Assembly: GCA_963835065.1 (NCBI GenBank)
Contig: CAWIEK010000060.1
Span: 32,001-96,000 of the forward strand
Origin: an uncultured Chthonomonadaceae bacterium
GTDB lineage: Bacteria > Armatimonadota > Chthonomonadetes > Chthonomonadales > Chthonomonadaceae
Direction: 5' to 3'
Length of the DNA: 64,000 nt
The notes under the pieces are model-generated. The model did not search any database, was not told the DNA's origin, and saw nothing but the letters and a program-made list of their open reading frames with translations. Shown here in pieces: positions 1 through 9,717 of the stretch (its first letter is position 1; each line of letters opens with the position of its first letter). Made by a program: the position numbers and the translations under genes.

Positions 1-1
1 C

Positions 2-1192
2 CGGGGCGGGTTTGTGGCCGGCGTTTTGCGCGACGGCGACTGGAACATCGCGCAAAAGTGGTTAGGCGACAACGGCCTGCGCACCAATCCCGATGAAAAA
101 ACGTATGATCCTGATGCGCTCAACTGGGTCAATGCTTCCGATTACCTGGATGCCGCGCAAAAGTACATCGCGGGCTACGCCGAAGACCGCCCCGTCGTGC
201 GCAACGGCAAGCGAACGGGCGAGACAAAGCATGTGGTTGTAGATGGCGTGGTGACATGGACGCCGGGTGACGTGAACGTGGCCGAAAAGAAGGGCGGGCT
301 GGTATCTATCGTTTCCACGAAGGAATACAGTTCGCAGATGCCGTGCATCATCATCGGCATTGACAAGTGGATGAAGAACAATCGCCCCACCGTAGATGGC
401 ATGCTGATGGCGATTGCCGAAGGTGGCGACGCGGTAAAGTCCAATCCGTCCGCCCTGCAAAAAGCCGCAGCGGTCAGCGCGCAGGTCTACCATGAGTCCG
501 ACCCCGCGTATTGGGAGCGCTACTACAAGGGCGCTTCGGAGCCGGACAAAACGGGAGTGCCAATTGATCTGGGCGGGTCGAGCGCGAGTAACCTGGCCGA
601 AATGCTGCTGACGTTCGGACTGGTGAGTGGGTCGGCAAACCTGTACGAAGCCACGTACCGCGTGTTCGGTGATATTGTGGTCGCGCAGTACCCGCAGCTT
701 CTGCCGAACTACCAGCCGATAAGCGAGGTTATGGATACGACGTACCTTCAGGATATCGTGAAAAAAGCCGCGCCGACAACCGCAACCGTCGCTTCCGCCA
801 AGCCGAAGTACCAGAACACCAAAAAAGTAACCAGCGTGGTCAGCCGCCGCGCCTGGAACATCCACTTCGAAACAGGCAAAGCCGCGCTCGCGCCCGACTC
901 AAAGCGCATGGTGGAGCAACTGGGACGTGAGGCGCTGGTTGCCAGTGGAACCGTCGTTGAAATTCACGGCCATACCGACAATCAGGGAACGCCGTCCGCG
1001 AATATGGCCCTGTCGGAATCCCGCGCCTTTGCTGTGAAGAAGCGATTGGAGCAGGCGTACCCGGTCAACTTCCCGCCGGGGCGTATTCGCGTCTTCGCGC
1101 ACGGTTCCGAAAATCCCATTTCGGAAAACGCCACGCCGCAGGGCCGCGCCCAAAACCGCCGCGTAGAAATCATATTAGGAACAGGCGGGTAA
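2..1192 (+). CDS. ABC-type substrate-binding protein fused to a C-terminal OmpA peptidoglycan-binding domain (5' truncated by window edge)
   Basis: OmpA motifs IHFETGKA..EIHGHTDNQG..N.ALSESRA.AV..NRRVEI; the N-terminal part is SsuA/THI5-like; followed by ABC permease and ATPase genes. Confidence 0.85.
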   Translation, partial: RGGFVAGVLRDGDWNIAQKWLGDNGLRTNPDEKTYDPDALNWVNASDYLDAAQKYIAGYAEDRPVVRNGKRTGETKHVVVDGVVTWTPGDVNVAEKKGGLVSIVSTKEYSSQMPCIIIGIDKWMKNNRPTVDGMLMAIAEGGDAVKSNPSALQKAAAVSAQVYHESDPAYWERYYKGASEPDKTGVPIDLGGSSASNLAEMLLTFGLVSGSANLYEATYRVFGDIVVAQYPQLLPNYQPISEVMDTTYLQDIVKKAAPTTATVASAKPKYQNTKKVTSVVSRRAWNIHFETGKAALAPDSKRMVEQLGREALVASGTVVEIHGHTDNQGTPSANMALSESRAFAVKKRLEQAYPVNFPPGRIRVFAHGSENPISENATPQGRAQNRRVEIILGTGG

Positions 1193-1203
1193 ACGTCTAA
1201 ACT

Positions 1204-2143
1204 ATGAACGAAACCGGCAAAATAAAGACTTCTCCGATTGTGGCGGAAACGGCAGGGGCGCCGACAGCCGACAAAGTGATTGTGGCGGGCGCGCATGGCA
1301 ATGCCGCGCTGAAAGTGGGCGATCTTACGCCCGGTGAGCGCGGGCATGGCGCGGCAGGAAGATGGATTGACATCTTCCTGCCCAATCGCGCCGTGTCGCC
1401 CATGACGATGCGCCTGATCGTGCTGGCGGAAGTGGCGATTGCGCTGCTGATTTGGATACGCTCACCGTTCAAGGTGCTTCCCCTGCCCGGCGAAGTGCTG
1501 ACGGCGCTGCGCTCCCTGTGGTTCACACAGGGGTTGGGGCCGGAACTGTATACCAGTTTCCTGCTCAACGTTCGCGCCCTGGCGTGGTCTTCGGTATCTG
1601 TCATTGGGACTGGCCTATTTAACCGTGATTCCGATTTTTCGCCCGCTTGCCGCAGCAGTATCAAAAGGGCGCTTTCTCAGTCTGGCAGGCTTTACGTTCG
1701 TGTTTACGCTGATGTTTGCGGGCGGCGCGGCGCTGAAAACGTCCCTGCTTGTCTTTGCCGTGACCGTGTTTTATGTCACTTCTATGGCGGCAGTGATCGC
1801 CGCGATTCCTAAAGGCAACTTCGATTATGCCCGGACGCTGCGCATGAGCGAGTGGCAGATTGTGTGGGAAGTGGTGATTTTGGGAACGGCGGACAAGGCG
1901 TTTGAAGTGCTGCGCCAGAACGCCGCTATTGGCTGGATGATGCTGACGATGGTGGAAGGCATTTCGCGCTCCGAAGGCGGCGTGGGGGCCGTGCTGCTCA
2001 ACCAGACCAAGTATCTCCGCCTCCCCGAAGTGTTCGCCATTCAAATCGTGATTTTAATTGTCGGCTTGTTTCAGGATTACGCTATTGGCGCGGCGCGACG
2101 CCTCGTTTGTCCCTACGCCGACCTGACACTGGAAAGAAAGTAG
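1204..2143 (+). CDS. ABC transporter permease (SsuC/TauC-like), split by one frameshift near 1595
   Basis: ORF 1204-1812 (LPLPGEVL) and ORF 1604-2143 (EAA-like DYARTLRMSEWQI, VEGISRSEGGVG) join into one hydrophobic permease. Confidence 0.8.
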
Positions 2144-2149
2144 AAATAG

Positions 2150-2216
2150 CTTCTCCTCGCAGGAGAGGAGCAACAAAATAGCCCCTCTCCTCGCAGGAGA
2201 GGGGTTGGGGTGAGGT
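2150..2216. repeat. REP-like palindromes CCTCTCCTCGCAGGAGAGG (x2)
   Basis: Two hairpins followed by GGGGTTGGGGGTGAGG; related copies at 4092-4139 and 29558-29610. Confidence 0.75.
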
Positions 2217-3038
2217 ATGGCCGCCGTTCAATACGAATATGGAGAAACGCTGCTCAAAGTCTCCGGCGTCAACAAGAAACTTGGCGGCGAAACGATTTTG
2301 CGCGACGTTGATCTGGAAGTGAAAGACATTCTGCGCAAAGGGTTCACGCAGGGGCAGGTTATCGGCCTGCTTGGGCCGTCCGGGGTGGGCAAAACCACGC
2401 TGTTTCGCTTGCTGGCGGGGCTGGACATGCCGGACAGCGGCTCTATTATAGTTGAAAACAAGCCCGTTCACCGGGGAATGGTCGGCGTTGTGGCGCAAAA
2501 CTATCCCCTGTTTGAACATCGGACGGTGCTGTCGAATTTGCGGGTGGCGGGCAGATTGGGGCATCTGCCACAAGCGCAGGCGACAGCGCTGGCACAATCC
2601 CTGCTGGCGCGGTTCGGACTGGAAGCGCAGGCCAACAAGTACCCGGTTCAGCTTTCGGGCGGGCAGCGTCAGCGCGTGGCGATTGCGCAGCAGTTCATGT
2701 GCAGCGAGCATTTGCTGCTGATGGACGAGCCGTTTTCCGGCCTGGATCTGGTGGCGCAGGAAAGCGTCTGCGCCTTAATCCGCGAAATGGCGCAAACCGA
2801 TGAACTGAAAACGTTTGTGATCGTCACCCACGACATTGCCGCCGCGCTGGCCGTCGTGGATACCATCTGGCTTTTGGGCCGGGACCGGGACGCGCAGGGA
2901 CGAATCGTGCCCGGCGCGCGTATTCAAGCCGTATACAATTGCGTGGAACGCGGCGTCGCCTGGCGCGAAGACGGCCCCTCCTCGCCGGAATTTTTGGAAC
3001 TGCTGCGCGAAATCCGAACGGTGTTTGTCAATTTGTAG
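2217..3038 (+). CDS. ABC transporter ATP-binding protein (nitrate/sulfonate-like)
   Basis: Walker A GPSGVGKT, signature LSGGQRQR, Walker B LLMDEPFS, H-loop VTHD. Confidence 0.95.
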   Translation: MAAVQYEYGETLLKVSGVNKKLGGETILRDVDLEVKDILRKGFTQGQVIGLLGPSGVGKTTLFRLLAGLDMPDSGSIIVENKPVHRGMVGVVAQNYPLFEHRTVLSNLRVAGRLGHLPQAQATALAQSLLARFGLEAQANKYPVQLSGGQRQRVAIAQQFMCSEHLLLMDEPFSGLDLVAQESVCALIREMAQTDELKTFVIVTHDIAAALAVVDTIWLLGRDRDAQGRIVPGARIQAVYNCVERGVAWREDGPSSPEFLELLREIRTVFVNL

Positions 3039-3122
3039 GGAACAGGGAACAGCAAATACATAAAACATGAGTTTTAGGTAAGCGCTCATTCCCTGTTCCC
3101 TGTTCCCTGTTCCCTGTTCCCT
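3037..3122. repeat. Inverted heptamer arrays (GGGAACA)n/(TGTTCCC)n forming an intergenic hairpin
   Basis: gggaacagggaacag at ~3038-3052 and about five TTCCCTG units at ~3089-3122, ending directly at the next ATG. Confidence 0.85.
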
Positions 3123-4091
3123 ATGCCAATGCCTAAACATAACCGTATCCTCGAAGCCATGAAGGAAAGCTACAACGCGGTCGGCCTTGCCGGGGCGGTG
3201 GCGCTTTCTGCCGCCCTGCTCAATCCCCTGCCGCTGCTGGCCGCCCTTGTCGCCGAGGCTGCGTATCTCCTGTTTGTGCCGGATTCCAAATGGTACGCGG
3301 ATCGGCTGGCAAAGCGTTACGATGCCGAAATCGAGCAGCAACGCCAACTGATGAAGGCGCAAACGCTGACCCTGCTGCGGCCTGAAATGCAGGAGCGGTT
3401 CGCGCATCTGGAAGATATGCGTCGGCAGATAGACGCGCAATCGGCGGAAGACAAGGCGTGGTTTCGGGAAGTGCTGCGGAAACTGGATTACCTGCTGGAT
3501 AAGTTTCTGCTGTTCGCGGGCAAGGAAGTACAGTTTCGCGCTTATCTGGAACAGCTTCAAAACGAAATTCATCCCTCCGGCGGCACGGGCTACGCGCAGA
3601 ATTGGAATGTGGAGCGTGACCGCAATGCGTCGCGCGCCCATTCCCGTGACGCAGAGCGCGATACGCCCCACGCCAAGCGCAGGCTGGTGTCGGATATAGC
3701 GGGAGTTGGCAATTCGTATTCCACAGACGAGTGGACGCAGAAGGTTGTGGGCGAGATACAGGCGCATTACGCGCAGGAAGCCGACAAATTAGGCCAATCG
3801 CTGTCAGCCGAAACGGATGACGCGACCCGTTCCATACTGCAAAAGCGAACCGACATTTTGCAGCGCCGTAATGAATTTGTCGGCAAAATCGGCAGAATAC
3901 TCGTCAACCTGAACCATCAGCTTCAACTGGTCGAAGATACCTTCGGACTAATCAATGATGAAATCCGCGCCCGCTCCCCCGAACAAATACTGGCCGATGT
4001 GGAAGAAGTGGTTGTCGCAACGGATACGATGGCGTCGTCGCTTCAGGAATTGGCTTCCGTCGAGCAGATGATGGCGCGGCTGGCGTCGTAG
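3123..4091 (+). CDS. Hypothetical membrane-anchored coiled-coil protein
   Basis: N-terminal hydrophobic hairpin (AVGLAGAVALSAALLNPLPLLAALVAEAAYLLF) followed by long helical segments; co-oriented with the ABC operon. Confidence 0.7.
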   Translation: MPMPKHNRILEAMKESYNAVGLAGAVALSAALLNPLPLLAALVAEAAYLLFVPDSKWYADRLAKRYDAEIEQQRQLMKAQTLTLLRPEMQERFAHLEDMRRQIDAQSAEDKAWFREVLRKLDYLLDKFLLFAGKEVQFRAYLEQLQNEIHPSGGTGYAQNWNVERDRNASRAHSRDAERDTPHAKRRLVSDIAGVGNSYSTDEWTQKVVGEIQAHYAQEADKLGQSLSAETDDATRSILQKRTDILQRRNEFVGKIGRILVNLNHQLQLVEDTFGLINDEIRARSPEQILADVEEVVVATDTMASSLQELASVEQMMARLAS

Positions 4092-4166
4092 CCCTCAACC
4101 CCCGGCCCCTTCTCCCAAAAAGCCTGGGAGAAGGGGAGCCATGAACATTTAAGGAAAACGCTTGCT

Positions 4167-4955
4167 ATGAGCCTTCGGAATACATTGCGTAAAGCGGCGG
4201 GACTTTTGGTGGAGTTGCCGCCGGATGAGGAAGAAGCCACGCCCCATGCGCAGGGGAACACGGGCGGTACGAGTGGCGGAAGTGGCGCGACGGATCAGAT
4301 GTGGGCGGAATTGGAAAAGGCCGCGCAGAAGCCGCAGGCATCCACATCCGGCGGGGTTCCGTTCGCGTCGCCAGCCGCTTCCAAGACCGTCGAGCAGATC
4401 GCGCGCGAGGAGCATGGGCCGAATTTAGACCAGATTCAGGTCACGTCGCAGGCCGTACACCCGGACGCGCATTTGAGCGGTACACTGGATTTCAACAGCA
4501 TTTACGAGGCGGCGCATTTGCCTGCCGCGCCGTTCAGCGCCGAGCAGGTGCTTGCCATGTTTGCCGAATTGCCTGCCGAAGTGCCGATGCAAACCAAGCG
4601 GCAGATGATGAAAGTCTCCATCAATGCGATGGGCAAAGCGATTGGCGCATCCCCCGAAAGCATTGTGGCGGACGCTTCGCGCAAACTGGCGGCGCTGACG
4701 GCGTATACGGAACATCTCACCCAAACCACGCAGGAATACACGAACGTTTCGGCGCAAAAAATCGCCGAACTGGAAGCCGAAATAGATAAAATTCGCGTAG
4801 CGGTTGCCACTGCGCAGCAGCGGCAGTTCCGCGAAACGCAGATTTGTACCGAAGAATCGCACCGACTGGACGACGTGCTGGAATTTTTTAGCCTGGACGT
4901 TCCGCCCTCCAAATATGCGGACACGAATCCCAACGGCCTGACAACATCCTCCTGA
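4167..4955 (+). CDS. Hypothetical protein with C-terminal coiled coil
   Basis: 262-aa ORF with AAGGA upstream, in operon orientation. Confidence 0.7.
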   Translation: MSLRNTLRKAAGLLVELPPDEEEATPHAQGNTGGTSGGSGATDQMWAELEKAAQKPQASTSGGVPFASPAASKTVEQIAREEHGPNLDQIQVTSQAVHPDAHLSGTLDFNSIYEAAHLPAAPFSAEQVLAMFAELPAEVPMQTKRQMMKVSINAMGKAIGASPESIVADASRKLAALTAYTEHLTQTTQEYTNVSAQKIAELEAEIDKIRVAVATAQQRQFRETQICTEESHRLDDVLEFFSLDVPPSKYADTNPNGLTTSS

Positions 4956-5001
4956 ATTTGATACCGATGCAATGAGCGTTTTGCTTCACAAACAACACCA
5001 T

Positions 5002-5113
5002 CGTAGGGGCGCAATTTATTGTGCCCGCATTGCTGGCGATTGCGATGGGGATGGGGCAATGTCAGGAGCGGGCGCTTGTGCCGAGAGCGGGCGCAATAAA
5101 TTGCGCCCCTGCG
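5002..5113. repeat. GTAG-type REP doublet (REPIN-like)
   Basis: CGTAGGGGCGCAATTTATTGTGCCC ... GGGCGCAATAAATTGCGCCCCTGCG inverted pair. Confidence 0.85.
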
Positions 5114-5135
5114 AAGGTTTATCACAGAGGGCAGC

Positions 5136-5747
5136 ATGTGGGGACAAGGATTTAAGAACAGCAAAGCCGAAGTATGGAAACAGCTTTCCGATAAGATCGG
5201 GGCGCGATTTGTGGCCGGTGATTTGCTGCATGAGGATCGCGTTGAGGCGCACGTTGACGGCTGGACATTGACCTTAGATACGCGCCGGGAACCGGTCGGC
5301 AGGGCAACGGTGACGTATACTCGGCTTCGCGCCCCGTTCGTCAACAAGCAGGGGTTCCGTTTTTGCATCTACACCCAAACCCTGTTTAGCGGCGTGGGAA
5401 AGTTTTTGGGGATGCAGGATGTTGAAATCGGCGACCCGGCTTTCGACGCGCAGTACATCATCAAAGGCAATGACGAAGCCAGAGTACGCGCCCTGCTTGC
5501 CGATAAGCGCCTGCGCGAACTGATTGCCGGTCAGCCTGCTTTGTATCTGGAAGTAAAAGATGATGAAGGCTGGTTCGGCGCGCGCTTTCCACAGGGCGTA
5601 GACGAGTTGTATTTTCAAACACACGGCGTCATTACGGACGCAAGCCAACTCGAATCGCTCTACGAACTGTTCGCGGAAGCCCTGCATCAACTCTGCCATA
5701 TCGGTTCCGCGTCACCCGACGATCCCCATGTTCCGCATCTCGCGTGA
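5136..5747 (+). CDS. Conserved hypothetical protein (DUF3137-like)
   Basis: GMQDVEIGDPAFDAQYIIKGND motif typical of this family; GAGG RBS. Confidence 0.65.
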   Translation: MWGQGFKNSKAEVWKQLSDKIGARFVAGDLLHEDRVEAHVDGWTLTLDTRREPVGRATVTYTRLRAPFVNKQGFRFCIYTQTLFSGVGKFLGMQDVEIGDPAFDAQYIIKGNDEARVRALLADKRLRELIAGQPALYLEVKDDEGWFGARFPQGVDELYFQTHGVITDASQLESLYELFAEALHQLCHIGSASPDDPHVPHLA

Positions 5748-5790
5748 ACATTCGATGTTCTGTCTCAGCAGACGAAATTAGGGATTAAAA

Positions 5791-6018
5791 ATGTCCTTTC
5801 CGCTTTTGGATGCCTGGCGCAAGTGGCGAAATCGGAGCCGCTACGATTTGAACAAATTGCGCATCGTGGACGAACGGCAAAAAGCGCGCCCGGAAGAGCC
5901 GGAAGCAGACGCGCCCACCGCCGCGCCCCGCAATCACGCCTACTGCCGCCACTGCGATTCGTCCATGTCGCAGGCGTACTCCATTTGTCCTCATTGCGGG
6001 ATTCCGCTTGGGAGTTAA
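5791..6018 (+). CDS. Small zinc-ribbon protein
   Basis: CRHC...CPHCG at the C-terminus. Confidence 0.55.
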   Translation: MSFPLLDAWRKWRNRSRYDLNKLRIVDERQKARPEEPEADAPTAAPRNHAYCRHCDSSMSQAYSICPHCGIPLGS

Positions 6019-6050
6019 ATTATTTCAGGTTGAGCAAAGGAGTTGAACTC

Positions 6051-8777
6051 ATGCCGATTCGCAATTCTGCCGCATGGCTTTTCGGGGCGGGCATTGCCGC
6101 GTTCGGACTGGGCGCGGCGGCGACCCTGCCCCGCTTGCTGGACGCCCACATTACGCACCCGCACACCGGGCAGCCGCTCACGGTTCCGGGCAAGGATAAC
6201 GACGCGACCCTGCTTTTCAACGGCTGGAAAATTACGCCCGCAGGCCGTCCGGCAATTCCTACAGGAGATATGCTGCTCGGCGGAGCCATCAGCCCTGACG
6301 GCAAGCTGCTTGCCATTTGCAACGCGGGCTATGCCAAACACGCGCTGCACATCGTGGACATTGCGGCGGAAAAAGAGGTTGCCAACCTGCCCATTCCGCA
6401 CACGTGGAACGGAATCGCGTGGTCGGCGGACGGCAGTAAAATCTATGTCGGCGGCGGCGTTTCCACTGCGGGAAACGACATTTACACGTTTGAAAAGGGT
6501 GACGCGCAAACCGGCAAGTGGGGCGAAGGCAAAATCCTCAAATTGACCGGAAACGACGCGAAAACTACCTGCGTTGCCGGCCTTGCCCTTTCCCCGGACG
6601 GCAAAACCTTGTACGCGCTCAACAACTCCGACAACAAATTGTACATTCTGGACGCCATTGCGGGCGCTGCAATAGCCACTGTTGAGGTCGGCGATCATCC
6701 TTATGCCTGTCAGTTGGTGGCAAACGGAACCATCCTGTCGGTTTCCTGTCTGGGGGGCAAATCGGGCGTGGCGGTAGATGTTCACGATCCGCAAAACCCG
6801 CGCATCGCCGGCAAAGTGGAAACCGGCGAGCATCCCAATGAGTTCGCGTTTTCCAACGATGGGCGCATCTTCGTGTCGTGCGGCAATGCCGATGCCGTTT
6901 ACGCCTTCAGCCTTACAGACGGCAAGCTGTCGGAGAAGATCCGCACGACCCTTCTGCCCAACGATCCCACCGGCAGCACACCCGTCGCCGTCGCGCTTGC
7001 CCCGGACAGCAAAATCCTGTACGTCGCCAACGCCGACAACAACGACGTGTGCGTGATTGACGTGTCCAAACCCGGCGCAAGCCATGTCAAGGGCTTTATT
7101 CCGACCGGCTGGTATCCCACGTCCCTGCACATCAGCCCGGACGGCAAGAAACTCATCGTCGGCAGCGGCAAGGGCGTCGGCTCCCATCCCAACCCCGGCA
7201 CGGTCAAGCCCGCCGACCCGGTTGCGCCCGCCGATTACAAGTTCCAGTACATCGGGGCGCAGTTGAACGGCTTCCTCAGTTTCGTGGACGTGCCCGATGA
7301 CGCCCAACTCGCCAAATACTCGCAGCAGGTGTACGCGAATACGCCCGGCGTGGTTCAAAAGTCGGCGGCGGCGCAACTCATGGAAACAACCGCCGTGCCT
7401 CTGACAGTGGGCCAGCCTTCCCCCATCAAGCACATCCTGTACATCATCAAGGAAAACCGCACCTACGACCAAGTGTTCGGCGACATTGCCAAAGGCAACG
7501 GCGACCCCAATTTAACCCTGTTCGGGCGCGACGTGACGCCCAACCACCACGCCCTTGCCGAGCAGTTCGTTTTGCTGGACAATTTCTATTGCAACGGCGA
7601 AGTATCGGTAGACGGCCATCAATGGTGCGACGCGGGGATCGTGACGGAGTTTGTGCAGCGGGCGTGGGTGTATTCCTATTCCGGCAAGGGTACGCTGCGC
7701 GAATCGCCGAGCGTCAGCGAACCGCAATCGGGCTATTTGTGGGACGCCTGCAAAAAGAAGGGCTTGACGTACCGCTCGTATGGCGAGTCGTTCAACGCGC
7801 ACAGCAGCGAGGCCGCGCCGGAACCCGTAGAAGCGGCGACCACAAGCCTGATCGGACACGGCAGCGCGAAGTTTGTGGGCGTCGGCTGGCCGAAAGGCAA
7901 ACCGTTTCGAGACACCGACAAGGCCGATATTTTCCTGTCGGAATGGAAGGACTTCGAGCAGAAGAACGCCCTTCCTAACTTCATGGTAATGTCGCTTGGC
8001 GAAGACCATACGCGCGGCACGACACCGGGCGCGTTCACGCCCAAAGCGGCAGTGGCGTCCAACGATCAGGCGTTGGGCAAAATCGTGGACGGCATTTCCC
8101 ATTCCGCCTCGTGGAAGGACACGGCGATCTTCGTCGTGGAAGACGACGCGCAAAACGGCCCGGATCACGTTGACTCGCACCGGACGGTTGCCCTCGTTAT
8201 CAGCCCCTACACCAAGCGCGGCATTGTGGACAGCACGATGTACTCGCAAGCCTCCATGCTGCGCACGATGGAACTGATACTCGGCCTGAACCCGCTCACG
8301 CAGTACGATGCGTCCGCCCCGCCCATGTTCGCCAGTTTCACCCGCAAAGCCGACATGAAGTCATACACGCTGATTGGCCCGCGCATTGACCTTGCCGCCA
8401 AAAACGGCAACAACGCCATCGGCGCGGCCACGTCCCGCACACTGGACTTTTCCGACTATGACCGCGCGGATGAGAACAAACTGAACCGCGTCCTGTGGGC
8501 CAGCATCAAGGGCGAACACGTTCCGTATCCCGCAACAGTAAGGTCGGTTGTCGGAGTCAGCAAGCGCAGGGAAACGCCTCCAAGTCCAGTGATACGGACT
8601 GAATCACGCGCCGCAATACGCTCTCTGCGATTGCGGCTTTTCTCTCGGGTGTTTTTACCCCGATACCCATCACTTCTCTCTGGCTCCCTGCATAAAATAC
8701 TGTTTTTAAGGCAAAAGGGAGCGAAAGTGGCAGTTTGGCCTAAATCTTGCGCTACTATAAATCTTGACGGCTCTTGA
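6051..8777 (+). CDS. Secreted YncE/YVTN beta-propeller fused to an alkaline-phosphatase-like phosphoesterase
   Basis: Signal peptide after AAGGAG RBS; YVAN/IPTGWYP propeller repeats; YIIKENRTYDQVFGD, EDDAQNGPDHVDSHRT; the true C-terminus may end near 8600 if there is a late frameshift. Confidence 0.85.
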   Translation: MPIRNSAAWLFGAGIAAFGLGAAATLPRLLDAHITHPHTGQPLTVPGKDNDATLLFNGWKITPAGRPAIPTGDMLLGGAISPDGKLLAICNAGYAKHALHIVDIAAEKEVANLPIPHTWNGIAWSADGSKIYVGGGVSTAGNDIYTFEKGDAQTGKWGEGKILKLTGNDAKTTCVAGLALSPDGKTLYALNNSDNKLYILDAIAGAAIATVEVGDHPYACQLVANGTILSVSCLGGKSGVAVDVHDPQNPRIAGKVETGEHPNEFAFSNDGRIFVSCGNADAVYAFSLTDGKLSEKIRTTLLPNDPTGSTPVAVALAPDSKILYVANADNNDVCVIDVSKPGASHVKGFIPTGWYPTSLHISPDGKKLIVGSGKGVGSHPNPGTVKPADPVAPADYKFQYIGAQLNGFLSFVDVPDDAQLAKYSQQVYANTPGVVQKSAAAQLMETTAVPLTVGQPSPIKHILYIIKENRTYDQVFGDIAKGNGDPNLTLFGRDVTPNHHALAEQFVLLDNFYCNGEVSVDGHQWCDAGIVTEFVQRAWVYSYSGKGTLRESPSVSEPQSGYLWDACKKKGLTYRSYGESFNAHSSEAAPEPVEAATTSLIGHGSAKFVGVGWPKGKPFRDTDKADIFLSEWKDFEQKNALPNFMVMSLGEDHTRGTTPGAFTPKAAVASNDQALGKIVDGISHSASWKDTAIFVVEDDAQNGPDHVDSHRTVALVISPYTKRGIVDSTMYSQASMLRTMELILGLNPLTQYDASAPPMFASFTRKADMKSYTLIGPRIDLAAKNGNNAIGAATSRTLDFSDYDRADENKLNRVLWASIKGEHVPYPATVRSVVGVSKRRETPPSPVIRTESRAAIRSLRLRLFSRVFLPRYPSLLSGSLHKILFLRQKGAKVAVWPKSCATINLDGS

Positions 8778-8859
8778 GAACAGCTCCGCTTCGGCTGATA
8801 GCCTCATTGTATCAGCGTTGCCTGCTTAGTCGTAATCCCGACACGATAAAGGAATATAC

Positions 8860-9555
8860 ATGCACAACGCGCGAAAAACGGCTTTCCCCTTCGCCTTACT
8901 AATCGCCGGCACATTGGCAGTAAAGCCTTGCGCCCACGCCCAATCCGTACAACTGTTTAGTCCGTTCCCTGGCGCAACCACGCTAACCTTTCCCTTCCCC
9001 TACACGAATACTTCCTACGCGGCAACAGCAGGAGGCGTCACGCTGACGTTCACCACGCCGGGTATGTACGTCTTCACGGATAACAGGGATTTCGTGAATC
9101 AGATAGATGGCACGGCCTTTGTTTTTTACGATTACTTCAACGGACAAGGACAGATTGATTTCAGCCAGGGGGTAAACGCGGTCGGTTTTACGGCTAAACT
9201 TGACCTTACTGGCGGCGGCGGGTTGGTTCCTGAACACTTTATCTTTACAGCTTTCGATGGCGCGACAGCGCTGGGAACATACACTGTTACTGCTGACAAC
9301 AATCAGGGACCTGGGGCGTTTCTGGGAGTGCAGGCAATCAATGGTAACACCATCACGCGGCTTAACATTACCGGATACAACAACGAATCAGGCCCATTAA
9401 ACGGAAATCCGCCTGGCCCCTTCCCCTTTGTAATTGGCCCCGTCGCCTTCCTTGCCCCCGTTCCTGAACCCGGCAGCATTGCCCTCCTCGCAAGCGCTGG
9501 CACAATCGGAGCCGCCTTCCTGCGCCGCCGGAAACAGGCCGGCAAAGCGGTCTAA
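8860..9555 (+). CDS. PEP-CTERM sorting-domain protein
   Basis: Signal peptide; C-terminal VPEPGSIALLASAGTIGAAFLRRRK. Confidence 0.92.
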   Translation: MHNARKTAFPFALLIAGTLAVKPCAHAQSVQLFSPFPGATTLTFPFPYTNTSYAATAGGVTLTFTTPGMYVFTDNRDFVNQIDGTAFVFYDYFNGQGQIDFSQGVNAVGFTAKLDLTGGGGLVPEHFIFTAFDGATALGTYTVTADNNQGPGAFLGVQAINGNTITRLNITGYNNESGPLNGNPPGPFPFVIGPVAFLAPVPEPGSIALLASAGTIGAAFLRRRKQAGKAV

Positions 9556-9587
9556 TCACCACGCGCTGCGCGTTCATACCTCCACAT

Positions 9588-9624
9588 CAGCCACAATCCG
9601 TATGTGCAGGATTGTGGCTGTTTT
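9588..9624 (+). terminator. Rho-independent terminator
   Basis: CAGCCACAATCC...GGATTGTGGCTG stem followed by TTTT. Confidence 0.7.
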
Positions 9625-9717
9625 GCCTCCCGTTCCCTTTTATTTCCTTTTCTCCCCTTTTCGTTTACTTCGTATGTTTCGCGGTTCCTAATCTTCTCTT
9701 CTTCTCTTCTTCTTTTC

